A stretch of 64,000 nt of DNA from Isurus oxyrinchus. Its lineage: Eukaryota. Shown here piece after piece: positions 47,693 through 58,769 of the stretch (position 1 is the first letter of the stretch; every line of letters starts with the position of its first letter). The notes beneath the pieces are model-generated. The model searched no databases, was not told the DNA's origin, and saw only the letters and a list, made by a program, of their open reading frames with translations. Both the position numbers and the translations under genes were made by a program. Location of the stretch: the NCBI GenBank assembly GCA_026770705.1, contig JANJGN010000021.1, positions 107,508,001-107,572,000 on the forward strand, read 5' to 3'.

Positions 47693-47892
47693 GTAAGAGC
47701 CAATTCACCCCTGTCGAGACTGCTCCTTGAATCGTAGAAATGCTTATCCACGACTGTCTGTGAATCGAGAATGTTCCAGAGCGTCCGGGTTAGAAAATCA
47801 GTGTAACACCCTAAAGCTTCCAGGTTTGTGTGGCTGGGACGCTGCATGTGTTCCAGAGCACTCCCTGAAGTCAATGGGATACTGGGGTTCTC

Positions 47893-48180
47893 GGGAGGCG
47901 ATGACGTAGTGGTATTGTTGCTGGGCTAATAATCCAGAGACCCAGGGTAACGCTTCGGGGACACGGGTTCAATGGTGAAATTTGAATCCAATAAAAATCT
48001 GGAATTAAAAGTCTGATGACCATGAAACCATTGTCAATTGTTGTAAAAACCCATCTGGTTCACTAACGTCCTTTAGGGAAGGAAACCTGCTCTCCTTACC
48101 TGGTCTGGTCTACATGACCCACAGCAATGTGGTTGACTCTTAAATGCCCTCTGAAATGGCCGAGCAAGCCACTCAGTAGT
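47893..48180 (+). mobile_element. tRNA-derived SINE-like repeat (second copy on - strand at about 51783-52042)
   Basis: A-box-like tgacgtagtgg and B-box-like gggttcaa; a clear dispersed inverted copy 4 kb away. Confidence 0.65.
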
Positions 48181-48199
48181 AACCAACTGCTACAAAGAC

Positions 48200-51100
48200 A
48201 TAAAAAAGGAATGAAACCAGATACAGTCATCCTCACGGAATCATACCATACAGATAATGTCCCAGACACCACCATCACCATCCCTGTGTATGTCTGTCCC
48301 GCAAGCAGGACAGACCCAGCAGTGGTGGTGGCACAGTGGTATACAATCAGGAGGGAGTTGCCCTGGGAGTCCTCAACATCAACTCCGGACCCCATGACAT
48401 CAGGTCAAACATGGGCAAGGAAACCTTCTGCTGATTACCACATACCGCCCTCCCTCAGCTGATGAATCAGTGCTCCTCCATGTTGAACATCACTTGGAGG
48501 AAACACTGAGGGTGGCAAGGCCGCAGAATGTTCTCTGAGTAGGGGACTTCTATGTCCATCACCAAGAGTGGTTCGATAGCACCACTACTGACCGAGCTGG
48601 CTGACTCCTAAATGACATAGCTGCTAGACTGGGTCTGCAGCAAGTGGTGAGGGAACCAACAAGAGGGAAAAACATACTTCACCTCATCCTCACCAACCTG
48701 CCTGCAGCAGATGCATCTGTCTATGACAGTGTCAGTAGGAGTGATCTCCGCATAGTCATTGTGGAGATGAAGTCCTGCCTTCACATTGAGGATACCCTCC
48801 ATCGTGCTGTGTAGCACTACCACCGTGCTAAATGGGATAGATTTCAAACAGATCTAGCAACTCGAGACTGGGCATCCACAAGGCGCTGTGGGCCTTCAGC
48901 AGCAGCAGAATCTGTAACCTCATGGCCCAGCATAGCCCCCACTCTACCATTACCATCAAGCCAGGAGATTAACCCTGGCTCAATGAAGAGTGCAGGAGGA
49001 CATGCCAGAAGCAACACCAGGCATACCTAAATTTGAGGTGTCAACCCGGTGAAGCTACAACACTACTTGCATGCCAAACAACAGAAACAGCAAGTAATGG
49101 ACAGGGCTCAGTGATCCCACAAACAACGGATCAGATCTAAGCTCTGCAGTCCTGCCACATCCAGTCGTGAATGGTGGTTGAAGCGGGTATTTCCTCCTAT
49201 CCAGCAATTACCACATAGGCCTGTTGAAGAGGTGAAACTACAATCCCCGATCACGCAACAACCACAGAGACTCAGGCTTCATTTCACCAGTTTTATTCAA
49301 GCATATACAAGGGAGCCACAATCATTCCTAAGAATGAAGACCCAGCTCCCAGACTGATTACATTTCACTACTTTTGTACTTTTTCTTATCACAATACATT
49401 TGAGTACATTTGAATATATCCAATCGGTAACCGACAGACCGGTCCCATGCTAACTCTATCCTATTGAGTACCTAAACAGGTGATTTTGCTAACCAATTAT
49501 TCTAAAGGGTGTATACATAATTATATTATCCAATCAAAATTAAAACACGTATGCAAGACCTTGGTTCTCACAACTCAGAATTGCTTGTGTTTCATCAAAG
49601 AACTCTCTTGTCTTTGTATGTCCTCCCATATCTCAGCTAAACCTTCTGCCCTGTCCCTATCTGAGAGAGGAGTATATCTAAACTAACTTTATGTTATGTT
49701 TTATCTCCAGTCCAGCTCTCAAGGCTTCGCCACATCATTGCATCACTTGAATGGTTCTGCCTGTGGCTGGACATTAGCTCATCTCTTGAAACTGTGTAAA
49801 TCGCACAAACTCAAGGCCCCTTTGTGTGTAATATACATCTGCTTACCCTAGCTGTCATTAGGTTTAGCATCCATGGCTGCTTGGAGATTTTAAGTGCTGT
49901 TCAGTAAATTCTTACAGTGTTCTCATTTAGCATTTTTAATTTTCCCCTAACAGAGGTTGACAATTAAATAACTCACTGGAGGAGGAGGAGGCTCCAAAAT
50001 ATCCCCATCTTCAATGATGGAGGAGCCCAGCACATCGGTACAAAAGATAAGCCTGAAGCATTTGCCACAATCTTCAGCCAGAAGTGTTGAGTGTGTAATC
50101 CATCTCGGCCTCCTCTGGAGGTCCCCAGCATCACCGATGCCAGTCTTCAGCCAGTTCGATTCACTCCATGTGATATCAAGAAACGGCTGAAGGCACTAGA
50201 TACTGCAAAGGCCATGGGCCCTGACAATATTGTGGCAATAGTACTGAAGACTTGTGCTTCAGAATTTCCTGCGCCCCCAGCCAAGCTGTTCCAGTACAAC
50301 ACTGGCATCTACCGAGCAAAGTGGAAAATTGCCCAGGTATGTCCTGTACACAAAAAGCATAACAAATCCAACCCAGCCACTTACCGCCCCACCAGTCTCC
50401 TCTCCACCATCAGTAAAGTGATGGAAGGGGTCAACAGTGCCATCAAGCGGCACTTGCTTAGCACCAACCTGCTCACTGACACCCAGTTTGGGTTCCGCCA
50501 GGGCCACTCGGCTCCTGACCTCATTACAACCTTGGTTCAAACATGATTAAAAGAGCTGAACTCCTGAGGTGAGGTGAGAGTGACTATCCTTAACATCAAG
50601 GCTACATTTGACCGAGTGTGGCATCAAGGAGCCCTAGCAAAACTGAAGTCAGTGGGAATCGGGGGGAAACTCTCCGCTGGTTGGAGTCATACCTAGCACA
50701 AAGGGAAATAGTTGTGGTTGTTGGAGGTCAATCACCTCAGCTCCAAGACATCACTGCAGGAGTTCCTCAGGATAGTGCCCTCAGCCCAACCATCTTCAGC
50801 TGCTTCATCAATGACCTTCCTTCCATCATAAGGTCAGAAATGGGGATGTTCATTGATGATTGCACAATGTTCAACACCATTCGCCACTCCTCAGATACTG
50901 AAGCAGTCCATGTCCAAATGCAGCAATATCCAGGCTTGGGCTGACAAGTGGCAAATAACATTCATGCCACACAAATGCCAGGCAATGACCATCTCCAACA
51001 AGAGAAAATCCAACCGAGAATCACTCCTTGATGTTCATTGGCGTTACCATCACTGAATCCCCCACCATCAACATCCAGGGGGTTACCATTGACCAGAAAC

Positions 51101-51720
51101 TGAACTGGACTAACCATGAAAATACTGTGGCTACAAGAGCAGGTCAAAGGTTAGGAATCGTGTGACGAGTAACTCACCTCCTGACTCCCCAAAGCCTGTC
51201 CACCATCTACAAGGTACGAGTCAGGAGTGTGATGGAATACTTGTCTGGTTGAATGCAGCTCCCACAGCACTCAAAAGCTTGACACCACCCAGGACAAAGC
51301 AGCCCGTTTGATTGGCACCACATCCACAAATATTCACTCTCTCCACCACCGACACTACAGTAGCAGCAGTGTGTACCATCTACAAAATGCGCTGCAGGAA
51401 TTCACCAAGACTCCTTAGACAGCAACTTCCAAACCAAAAACCACGACCATCTAAAAGGACAAGGGCAGCAGACACATGGGAACACCACCACCTGGAAATT
51501 CCCCTCCAAGCCACACACCATCCTAACTTGGAAATATATCACCGTTCCTTCACTGTCGCTGGATCAAGATCCTGGAACTCCCTCCCTAACGGCACTGTGG
51601 ATGTACCTACACCTCATGGACTGCAGCAGTTCAAGAAGGCAGCTCACCACCACCTTCTCAAGGGCAATTAGGGATGGACAATAAATGATGGTCCAGCCAT
51701 TGATGCACATATCCTGAGAA
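48200..51720 (+). mobile_element. Long degenerate copy of the second LINE family (endonuclease plus RT), containing a solo LTR
   Basis: PDTVILTES (APE), KAMGPDNI..YRP.SLLS.ISKVMEG..QFGFRQGHSA, GVPQ..FINDLP. Confidence 0.88.
49179..49952 (-). mobile_element. Solo LTR (774 bp) inserted in a LINE
   Basis: TG...CA termini. 5-bp TSD GTGGT/GAGGT. The LINE reads through when the insert is removed (gaatggtggt|tgacaatt). AATAAA on the - strand at about 49292-49297. Confidence 0.75.
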
Positions 51721-52166
51721 TGACCACATGTAGATGGCAGACTAGTAAAGTAAGCTTGACATGAAGGAATTAGTTTTTGTTCAGAGGGCATTTAAGAGTC
51801 AACCACATTGCTGTGAGTCTGGAGTCACATGTAGGCCAGACCAGGTAAGGACAACAGATTTCCTTCCCTAAAGGGCACCCAGATGGGTTTTTTACAACAA
51901 TGGCTTCATTAGACTTATAATTCCAGATTTTTATTGAATTCAAATTCCAGCAACTGTCATGGATGGGATTTGAACCTAGGTCCCCAGAGCATAACCCTGG
52001 GTTACTAGCCAAGCGACAATACCACTACACTATTGTCTCCCCCAAGGTTGGAGTCGTTGTCTAATGAGTTAATTGACTTTGTGCCAGTTGAGATATACTG
52101 GGCCTAGATATTGGCCTGTTACTCTGCTCATTCTTGATACATCTTTTCTGTGTTTTTTTTTTTCAG

Positions 52167-52187
52167 AGGTGCTCAAGGGCAATGTTG
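52167..52187 (+). CDS. Gene B micro-exon 3 (21 nt, EVLKGNV)
   Basis: Poly-T plus cag acceptor, TTG|gtgagt donor, phase 1-1. Confidence 0.8.
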
Positions 52188-52734
52188 GTGAGTTTTCCAA
52201 TTCAAACACTCAACTGGGCACTTGGGCAAATGTGTGTCAATGTCAGCCAGGCAGACATTTTCTGTTGCTTTCTCTTGTTTTGATGGGAATGCTCCTTTCT
52301 GTTCCCAAACCATGGAATAGTCCATGAGTCAGCTGACAATAAGTGTGCGGGCCAGTATTGCTGAACAGAGCAGGGCCCAGAGGCTGACAGGTTGACACTA
52401 GTTGGTGTCATCCCAAGTTCACTGGGGTTGAGCGAGGCTTATCCCCTCTTACACCCAAATCAGACAATGCTCAAACTGACCATCGCTTTTTCCACACCCC
52501 CTCCGCTGCCGACATCTCCTAATGTGCTCCCCTCCCAGGAGAGAATGCTACACCATGGCCTCCGGACAGGTCCTCATAATGGCCGTGACCAAGGAAGGGA
52601 TCTATTTCCAGAGGATCGAGGACAGTTGTGAGGCGTGACCCATTACCCCCAATCAACTCAGGCCCAGGCTCGATTCCAGTTAAGGCCCCAAGTTCAGGGG
52701 ACTGAAAAATAAACCCCCCCCCCCCCCCCCCCTT

Positions 52735-54183
52735 GAAAATGCTGGAAAAGCTCAGCAGGTCTGGCAGCATCCGTCAAGAGAGAGACAGAGTTTCCAGTCC
52801 ATATGACTCTTCCTCAGAGCTAAAGAGAAGTAGAATCGTGGTGGGTTTTATACTGTTTAAAAAGGGGTGGAGCAAAATAGAAGGTCAGGGATAGGTGGGA
52901 GCTCCAAAGACATTGACAAAGGTGTCGTGGGCACAAGACAAAGGGAATGTTAACCGTAGTGTTGAAGACGAAATAAGGTGCTGATAGTGGCAAGCTGTAA
53001 TGAGTGGTGTGCCACAGGGACAGTGCTGGGAACTCAACTGTTTACAATTTATATAAATGATCTGGATGAAGGGATGGATGGGATAGTTGCCAAATTTCCT
53101 GATGACACAAAAATAGGCAGGAAAATAAGTTGTGAGGAGGACATAACGAGGTTAAGTGAGTAGGCAAAGATCTGGTAGATGGAATATAACATGGGAAAAT
53201 GTGAAATTGTCCATTTCAGCAGTATTATCTAAATGGTGAGAGATTGCAGAGCTCTGAGGTACGGAGGGATCTGGGTGTGCTAGTGCATGAATCACAAAAG
53301 GCTAGTCTGCAAGTACAGCAAGTCATTAGGAAAGCTAATAGAATGTTATAATTTATTGCGAGGGGAATTGGATACAACAGTAGGAGGTTATGCTTCAGTT
53401 GTACAGGGCACAAGTGAGACCATATCTGGAGTTCTGTGTACAGTATTGGTCACCTTATTTAAGGAAGGATGCAAATGCATTGTAAGCAGTTCAGAGAATG
53501 TTTACCAGACTTATACCTGGAATGGGCGGGTTGTCTTATGAGGAAAGGTTGGACAGACTAGGTTTGTATCTGCTGGAGTTTAGAAGAGTAAGAGGCAACT
53601 TGATTGAAACATGTAAGATCCTGAAGGGTCTTGACAGGGTGGTTGTGGAGAGGATGTTTCCTCTTGTGGAAGAATCTAGAATTAGGGGTCAGTGTTTAAA
53701 ATAAGGGGTTGCCAATTTTAAAAAGAGATGAGGTGAAATTTTGTCTCTCAGAGAGTCATGAGTCTTTGGAATTCTCTTTTTGAAAAGGTGGTAGAAGCAG
53801 GGTCTTTGAATACTTTTAAGGCAGAGGTAGATAGATTCTTGGTAAGGAGGTGAAAGGTTATCAGGAGTAGGCAGGATGCAGATTTCAGGTTACTATTAGA
53901 TCAGCCATGATCTTATTAAATAGCGTTGCAGGCTCGAGGGGCTGAATGGACTACTCCTGCTCCTTGTTCATATGTTTGTATCACATAGCAGAATGTGTTA
54001 ATAGCAGAGCAAGGCTCAGTGCTTTGTGAAGGCAGAACAAGTGACAGATGGCCCTGTGTGGGGGGGATGTTGGGGAAAAAATTTAAAAAGTATATAAAAA
54101 AAGAAAATAAATTGGATTAAAGCAGGAGGAGAGAGTTCATGATCTGAAGTTGTTGGACTCAATGTTAAGCCTGAAAAGCTGTT
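52735..54183 (-). mobile_element. Penelope 3' fragment (52735-~52990 and ~53985-54183) interrupted by a CR1 copy
   Basis: The left part matches the terminal repeat. 54130-54183 resembles the ORF end at 9292-9341 (gagttca.ga.ct.aagttgttg.a.tcaat). Confidence 0.6.
52995..53982 (+). mobile_element. CR1 3' fragment
   Basis: LFTIYINDLDEGM..VAKF.DDTKIG and LSYEERLDRLGLY.LEFRR.RG.LIET. Confidence 0.88.
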
Positions 54184-54184
54184 C

Positions 54185-54830
54185 AGGGGACTGAGCTCAG
54201 ATCCTGGCCTGGCATGCCAAAGCTCAGATCCAGGCCCAAGGCTATAGGTTCAGGTCCGAGGCCTGATTCTATTGAATGGCATAGCAGGCTCAAGGGGCTG
54301 GGTGATCCACTCCTGCTCCTAATGTGTATGTTTGTATCCTCAGGCCAGGCCCAGTTTAGGCCTGAGGTCAAATCCTGGCTCCGCAGGTCTGAGCACAGTT
54401 CCAGTACTGAGGATACATCCAGGAAAGACAGGCATGAGCTCAGGTCAAGGCTCGATCTCAGATCTTGGTCTGATGCCTGGTCCAAGACCGAGGTCAGATC
54501 CAGGTCTGAGGCCTGGTCCAGGACCAAGCTCAGATCCCAGTCCAATGCCTGGTCCAAGACCGAGGTCAGATCCTGATCCAGGACTGAGCTCAGATCCAGG
54601 TCCGAGGCCTGGTCCAGGACTGAGGTCAGATCCAGGTCCCAGGCCTGGTCCAGGACCAAGCTCAGATCCCAGTCCAATGCCTGGTCCAAGACAGAGGTCA
54701 GATCCTGGTCCAAGACCTGGTCCAGGACCAAGGTCAGATCCAGGTCCCAGGCCTGGTCCAGGCCCAAGGTCAGACCCAAGTCTGAGGCTGGCTTTGGGCC
54801 TGAAGTATGGTCCAGGCCCAAGGCCAGTCA
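54185..54830 (+). repeat. 36-bp minisatellite (ggtccaggactgaggtcagatccaggtcccaggcct) built from related 6-mers
   Basis: Regular core at about 54440-54790, reflected as 12-aa periodic ORFs on both strands. Confidence 0.85.
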
Positions 54831-54964
54831 TTGTGAAAGATCTTTCTATCTCTCCCTGGATAGTGAAAACTTCATTTGATCCAGTTTCTGTAGATTTGTA
54901 CAAACACGAACATCATTTCTCTACCGTCAAACTAATTTGCTTCTTTTATTTTATTTTCCCTCAG

Positions 54965-54985
54965 ATAATGCTGAAGCTAATTTAC
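54965..54985 (+). CDS. Gene B micro-exon 4 (21 nt, DNAEANL)
   Basis: Branch-like actaat, long pyrimidine tract, tcag acceptor, C|gtaagt donor, phase 1-1. Confidence 0.78.
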
Positions 54986-55449
54986 GTAAGTTGCTCTCAG
55001 TCTATTGTGAGAGGGAAGTTTCCTCTCTCTCTTTCTCTTCCTCACACACACAAACACAGTCTCTCTGTCTCTGCATCTAGGGACATTTTACTACATTAAA
55101 GGGACTACATGAATACAAATTGTTGTTCATTCTTTCTCTGTCTCATAATCTCTCTCTCGATTTGGACTTGGGAATTGAAAATGAGAGCTGAAAGGATATA
55201 TCTATCAGCAAATACTGAACAGGAAGACTGAGGAGTGAAAAAGTTCGATTGGGTTGACGTGGAAAAGATGTTTTCATTGCTGGAGGAAAATATTGAGATG
55301 GACCTGTTGGGCTGAATGGCCTGCATCTATCCTGTGGACTTGATGTGTGTGTCTCTCATTCTGTCTCTCTCACTCTCTCACTCACTCTGTATGGCTCTCT
55401 CACTTTCTCTCTTACTCACTCTCTCTTTCATTCAGTCTCTTTCACTCTG

Positions 55450-55488
<39 letters not shown>

Positions 55489-55713
55489 TTTATTAGGAAT
55501 ACTATTGGATTTTCATGTCTGGAAGTAACAGCTGGGCTGAGACCAGGGTGAAGTTGGGCAGTGTGAGGGAAAGTGGAAATAGGCGGCCTTGTCGGGTCTT
55601 TCTGATTGGATGACCTTTGATGGAGGATGGTAGGCTTTCACATTTGAATGGAGCATTGAATATGTCACAGCAACCTGGTATTTTATTAAAAAGGTAATTT
55701 TTCTTCATTACAG

Positions 55714-55740
55714 TTCGTGAGAAGATGCTGTCTAAAATAG
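55714..55740 (+). CDS. Gene B micro-exon 5 (27 nt, LREKMLSKI)
   Basis: ttacag acceptor, AG|gtaagt donor, phase 1-1. Confidence 0.8.
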   Translation, partial: FVRRCCLK

Positions 55741-55865
55741 GTAAGTCTCACTGGGCAGTGCTGGCCTAAGAGTGTGTCGGTTTCTCTGCTTCCTTCACCC
55801 ACAGTGTGTTATACCATAGGATCTTCAGAGCCAAGCTCCTCCTGTCAGAGTGGGGCTGGATAAAC

Positions 55866-56100
55866 CTGTGGGTTATCTCACTGCCCTATCATTCACTGGG
55901 TACATGATTGAATCTAGTGTCGATATTTGGGGTAGGGTGTAGCTGTGGGTTACCACACTGTCCTAACGCTCATTGAAGGTGTGATTGAGTCCAGTGTGGA
56001 TCTGATGGGGTAGGATGGTGCTATGGGTTATCACAGCTCTATCGCTCAATGGAAACTAGTGTGGAAGATGGGACGCTCTTGGTTCTCTGGGTTAACACAC
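55866..56100 (+). repeat. Degenerate ~77-bp tandem repeat (about 3 copies)
   Basis: The pattern ct(g/a)tgggtta.c.cac...cta.c..tca.tg...tgattga.tc.agtgt.gat recurs. Confidence 0.6.
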
Positions 56101-56452
56101 CAGCTGCCAATGGAGTGTTACTGAACCTCCTGAATGTACCTGGACAGAGATTCCTCAATTCTCATCGTTAGAGCCAGAAGTTACAGATAAGAAAAGGCCA
56201 ATGATCCAACAAAGCCCATCCCTCCAGAAGGTTCAGTTCTTCCCATCAGCAACATTCCCAAATCTAAAATCCTTCCTTGACATGAATGGAAGGACAATGG
56301 CAGCCACTTGGTTTCTGGAATATTCTGCCCTGTGTTAAACTGAGGCTGAATATGTTAAAGGAATACTTGTCAAGATATGAATCAAACTGTGTTGTAGTGG
56401 ACTGAGGAACTGGTTTGATAATCATAAAACATTTACCTCTTTGTGTTTTCAG

Positions 56453-56479
56453 CTGCCGAGCGGGTCATCACTGCCGCAG
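56453..56479 (+). CDS. Gene B micro-exon 6 (27 nt, AAERVITAA)
   Basis: ttttcag acceptor, CAG|gtgaga donor, phase 1-1. Confidence 0.82.
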
Positions 56480-57083
56480 GTGAGAAACACTTTCCAGTCA
56501 TTTTCCTTACTTTCTTCCCAGGTTTCCCAGGCCTCAAATTGTGGGAATTCTCTCATCAACCACTCCCTTCAGGCTTAACATAACAAACGCTGGCCTTGGC
56601 AGCGGTGCCCAAACTCTGTGTAAGAATACAGGAAAAAAAAATCCTTTAATAATATTCAACTCACCAACTGAATCATTCCTTAATCTTCGAAATACAAGGG
56701 ACTACAAAACTGGACATCATTTAACCATTAGGCTCGGTTTATTCTGGTGCATCCCCCGCTCCAAGGCCAGTGTAGCCTTCCTCTGGTACTGTGCCCAGAA
56801 CACGGTTTCTGTAGATGGTGTCTGGCCACAGCGCTGTACAATTGCAGCAAAATTCCACCCCTTTGATTCTAGACCCCTTGAGATATAGGGAGAGGGCACG
56901 GGACATGGGACTAATTGAATAACTGTACCAAGCTGCTAACACACACGTGAAAGGCCAAGTGGTCTCCTCATTGCTGGACCGTGCCATGATTCCGTTAACC
57001 CCTTTGTGTACCTGTCCACTCATCCTCAGTGATTTTTGGACAATGGCAAAGTCCTGACCTGTGACCTCCTTTTGTGTTGCCAG

Positions 57084-57598
57084 TTCCTGTGACCTTCGAC
57101 CCCAAGACGGCCAACCCCTATCTGAAGGTCTTGGAGGACCGGCTGACCGTGATTTTCAACGACGATTGGCAGGAACTTCCACAAAGCTCAAAGAGGTTCA
57201 ACTCCCGTCTCTTTGTGATGGCGAAGGAGGGGTACAAGACAGGGAGCCAGTACTGGGAGGTGCTGGTGGGCAACAAACCAGACTGGGATCTGGGAGTGGT
57301 CAGGGAGTCCATTCCCAGGGACGACTGGGTTACCCTGAGCCCGGAGAACGGATACTGGACCATTGGGAAGCGTGGCGATTCCTACGAGGCCAATCTCACT
57401 TCTCCTGAATCCATCACGTGCAATTCAAGTGCTCAAAGGATCGGTATCTACCTGAACTGTGAGGATGGGGTGGTTCGGTTCTATAATGCCGATGACATGG
57501 TGCAAATCTACAACTTCAGCGCTACATTCACCGAGAAAATCTACCCATTCTTCAGCCCTTGGGGATCCCGAGAGGTCATGAAAATCTGTCCTTTGTAG
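57084..57598 (+). CDS. Gene B terminal exon: B30.2 (PRY-SPRY) domain
   Basis: ttgccag acceptor. VPVTFDPKTANPYL..RFN..GSQYWEVLV..WDLGV..LSPENGYWTIG..RIGIYL..VRFYN..IYPFFSP..ICPL followed by the stop. Confidence 0.95.
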
Positions 57599-58537
57599 GT
57601 CCGCGTTATCCAACTTGGGCTTACTCAAGGGATCTTGGACAATAAAGATGGGCAACATGAGAACATCTGAAGCCAATTCTCTTTCACAAAGGGAAAAAGA
57701 TGGCTGAGTATTTGTCAAGAAGTGACAAGGACAATGCCATTTGTATTTTAAAATGGACATCAGGGTTGAAAGCCTCGATGGTACGCTCACCAAAAGTAAA
57801 GACTTTGTGGGATCTGCACGACGACACAAATTGTTTGTGCAGAGGGAAACAAGTTTAACACCTTTGTTGTTCTCGCTCCACTATCCCTCCTGCCCTTGCC
57901 CCAGCTCCCAGGCCAATTCCCTCTGGAAGGTGTTTCTGGGGAGAGGCATGTGGGGAATCAAGAATAAAACTGGGGGGTTTGAATATAAGATAGTTCCAAA
58001 TGAACCCAAGAATGAACTCAATCCGTCCCTCCACCTATTTGTTCATCCAGCAGATAATCAAAATCCATTCATGCCAAATAGAGAATTCCTACTTCAAGGG
58101 GTTGGGGGCTGGGGGGGTGGGGAAGGTCAGGGATGAATGTAGCTGTTTGAGCCACCTCACATTGTCCAAACCAGTGGTCACACTCAGCTTTAGTGATGAA
58201 GGGAAACTGCGATGCCTGAGGCTGTCAATTAAACTCTCAGCATGATACAGCCAGCGGACTACCCAAAGATCAGTCTCCCAACCACTCTTTCTGGCTTCAC
58301 CCTTTTTCCATTCATTAAACACGATTCCTGAGGAATATTCCCTTGTCATTCCCTCCCCATTCCATTTCCTCCCCTTTCCTTTTTCATCTCTCTCAACCCA
58401 CTGGAGCACAATTTTTCCCCCCAGTTTAGAAATGGGCAGGAAGAGCCAAAAAGCTATTTGACTCCAGGGGCATCACGGCTGAGGCCCAGTTTCTGCGTCA
58501 CTTGGCGTCCTTGCCTTTTTCGGCAAGGCTCTGGGGA

Positions 58538-58765
58538 ATCAAAACAGAAAATGGTCGGGCAGCGCCTGTGGAGAGAGAGAGAAAGACAGAGTTAATGTTT
58601 CAGGCCGATGATGTATCATCAGAAATTGGAAGATGTTAGAAATGCAACAGGTTTTTAAACAAGTACAGAGGCAGGGAAAGAACTAAAGGAAGCTCTGTTA
58701 TTAGGTAGATGGCAGGAGAGATTAAATGGCAAAAGGGTTGACGGTGTAATGGGACAAATAAAGAA
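58538..58765 (-). mobile_element. Old Penelope terminal-repeat fragment
   Basis: aaacagaaaatg..gcagcgcctgtggagagag..agagttaatgtttcagg..tcatcagaa. The - strand carries a canonical CTGATGA...GAAAC. Confidence 0.55.
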
Positions 58766-58769
58766 ACAC

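Larger units (their letters stand above)
35397..57598 (+). other. Gene B: complete butyrophilin-like gene (SP-IgV-IgC-TM-micro-exon stalk-B30.2), 11 coding exons, 1497 nt, 498 aa
   Basis: All introns are GT-AG and phase 1. Coding lengths 70+354+288+120+27+27+21+21+27+27+515 = 1497 nt, open to the stop. The domain order is diagnostic of the BTN/BTNL family. Confidence 0.9.

Noticed and set aside
47893-47975. tRNA gene
   Set aside because: A/B-box-like motifs are present but no cloverleaf. The sequence continues into a dispersed repeat body, so it is a SINE head.
54183-55099. Periodic ORFs (DLDLTSVLDQ / PGPRSDPG / GPGLGPGSDL) as collagen- or mucin-like exons
   Set aside because: They are open in several frames on both strands because of the 36-bp unit, and lack credible splice sites.
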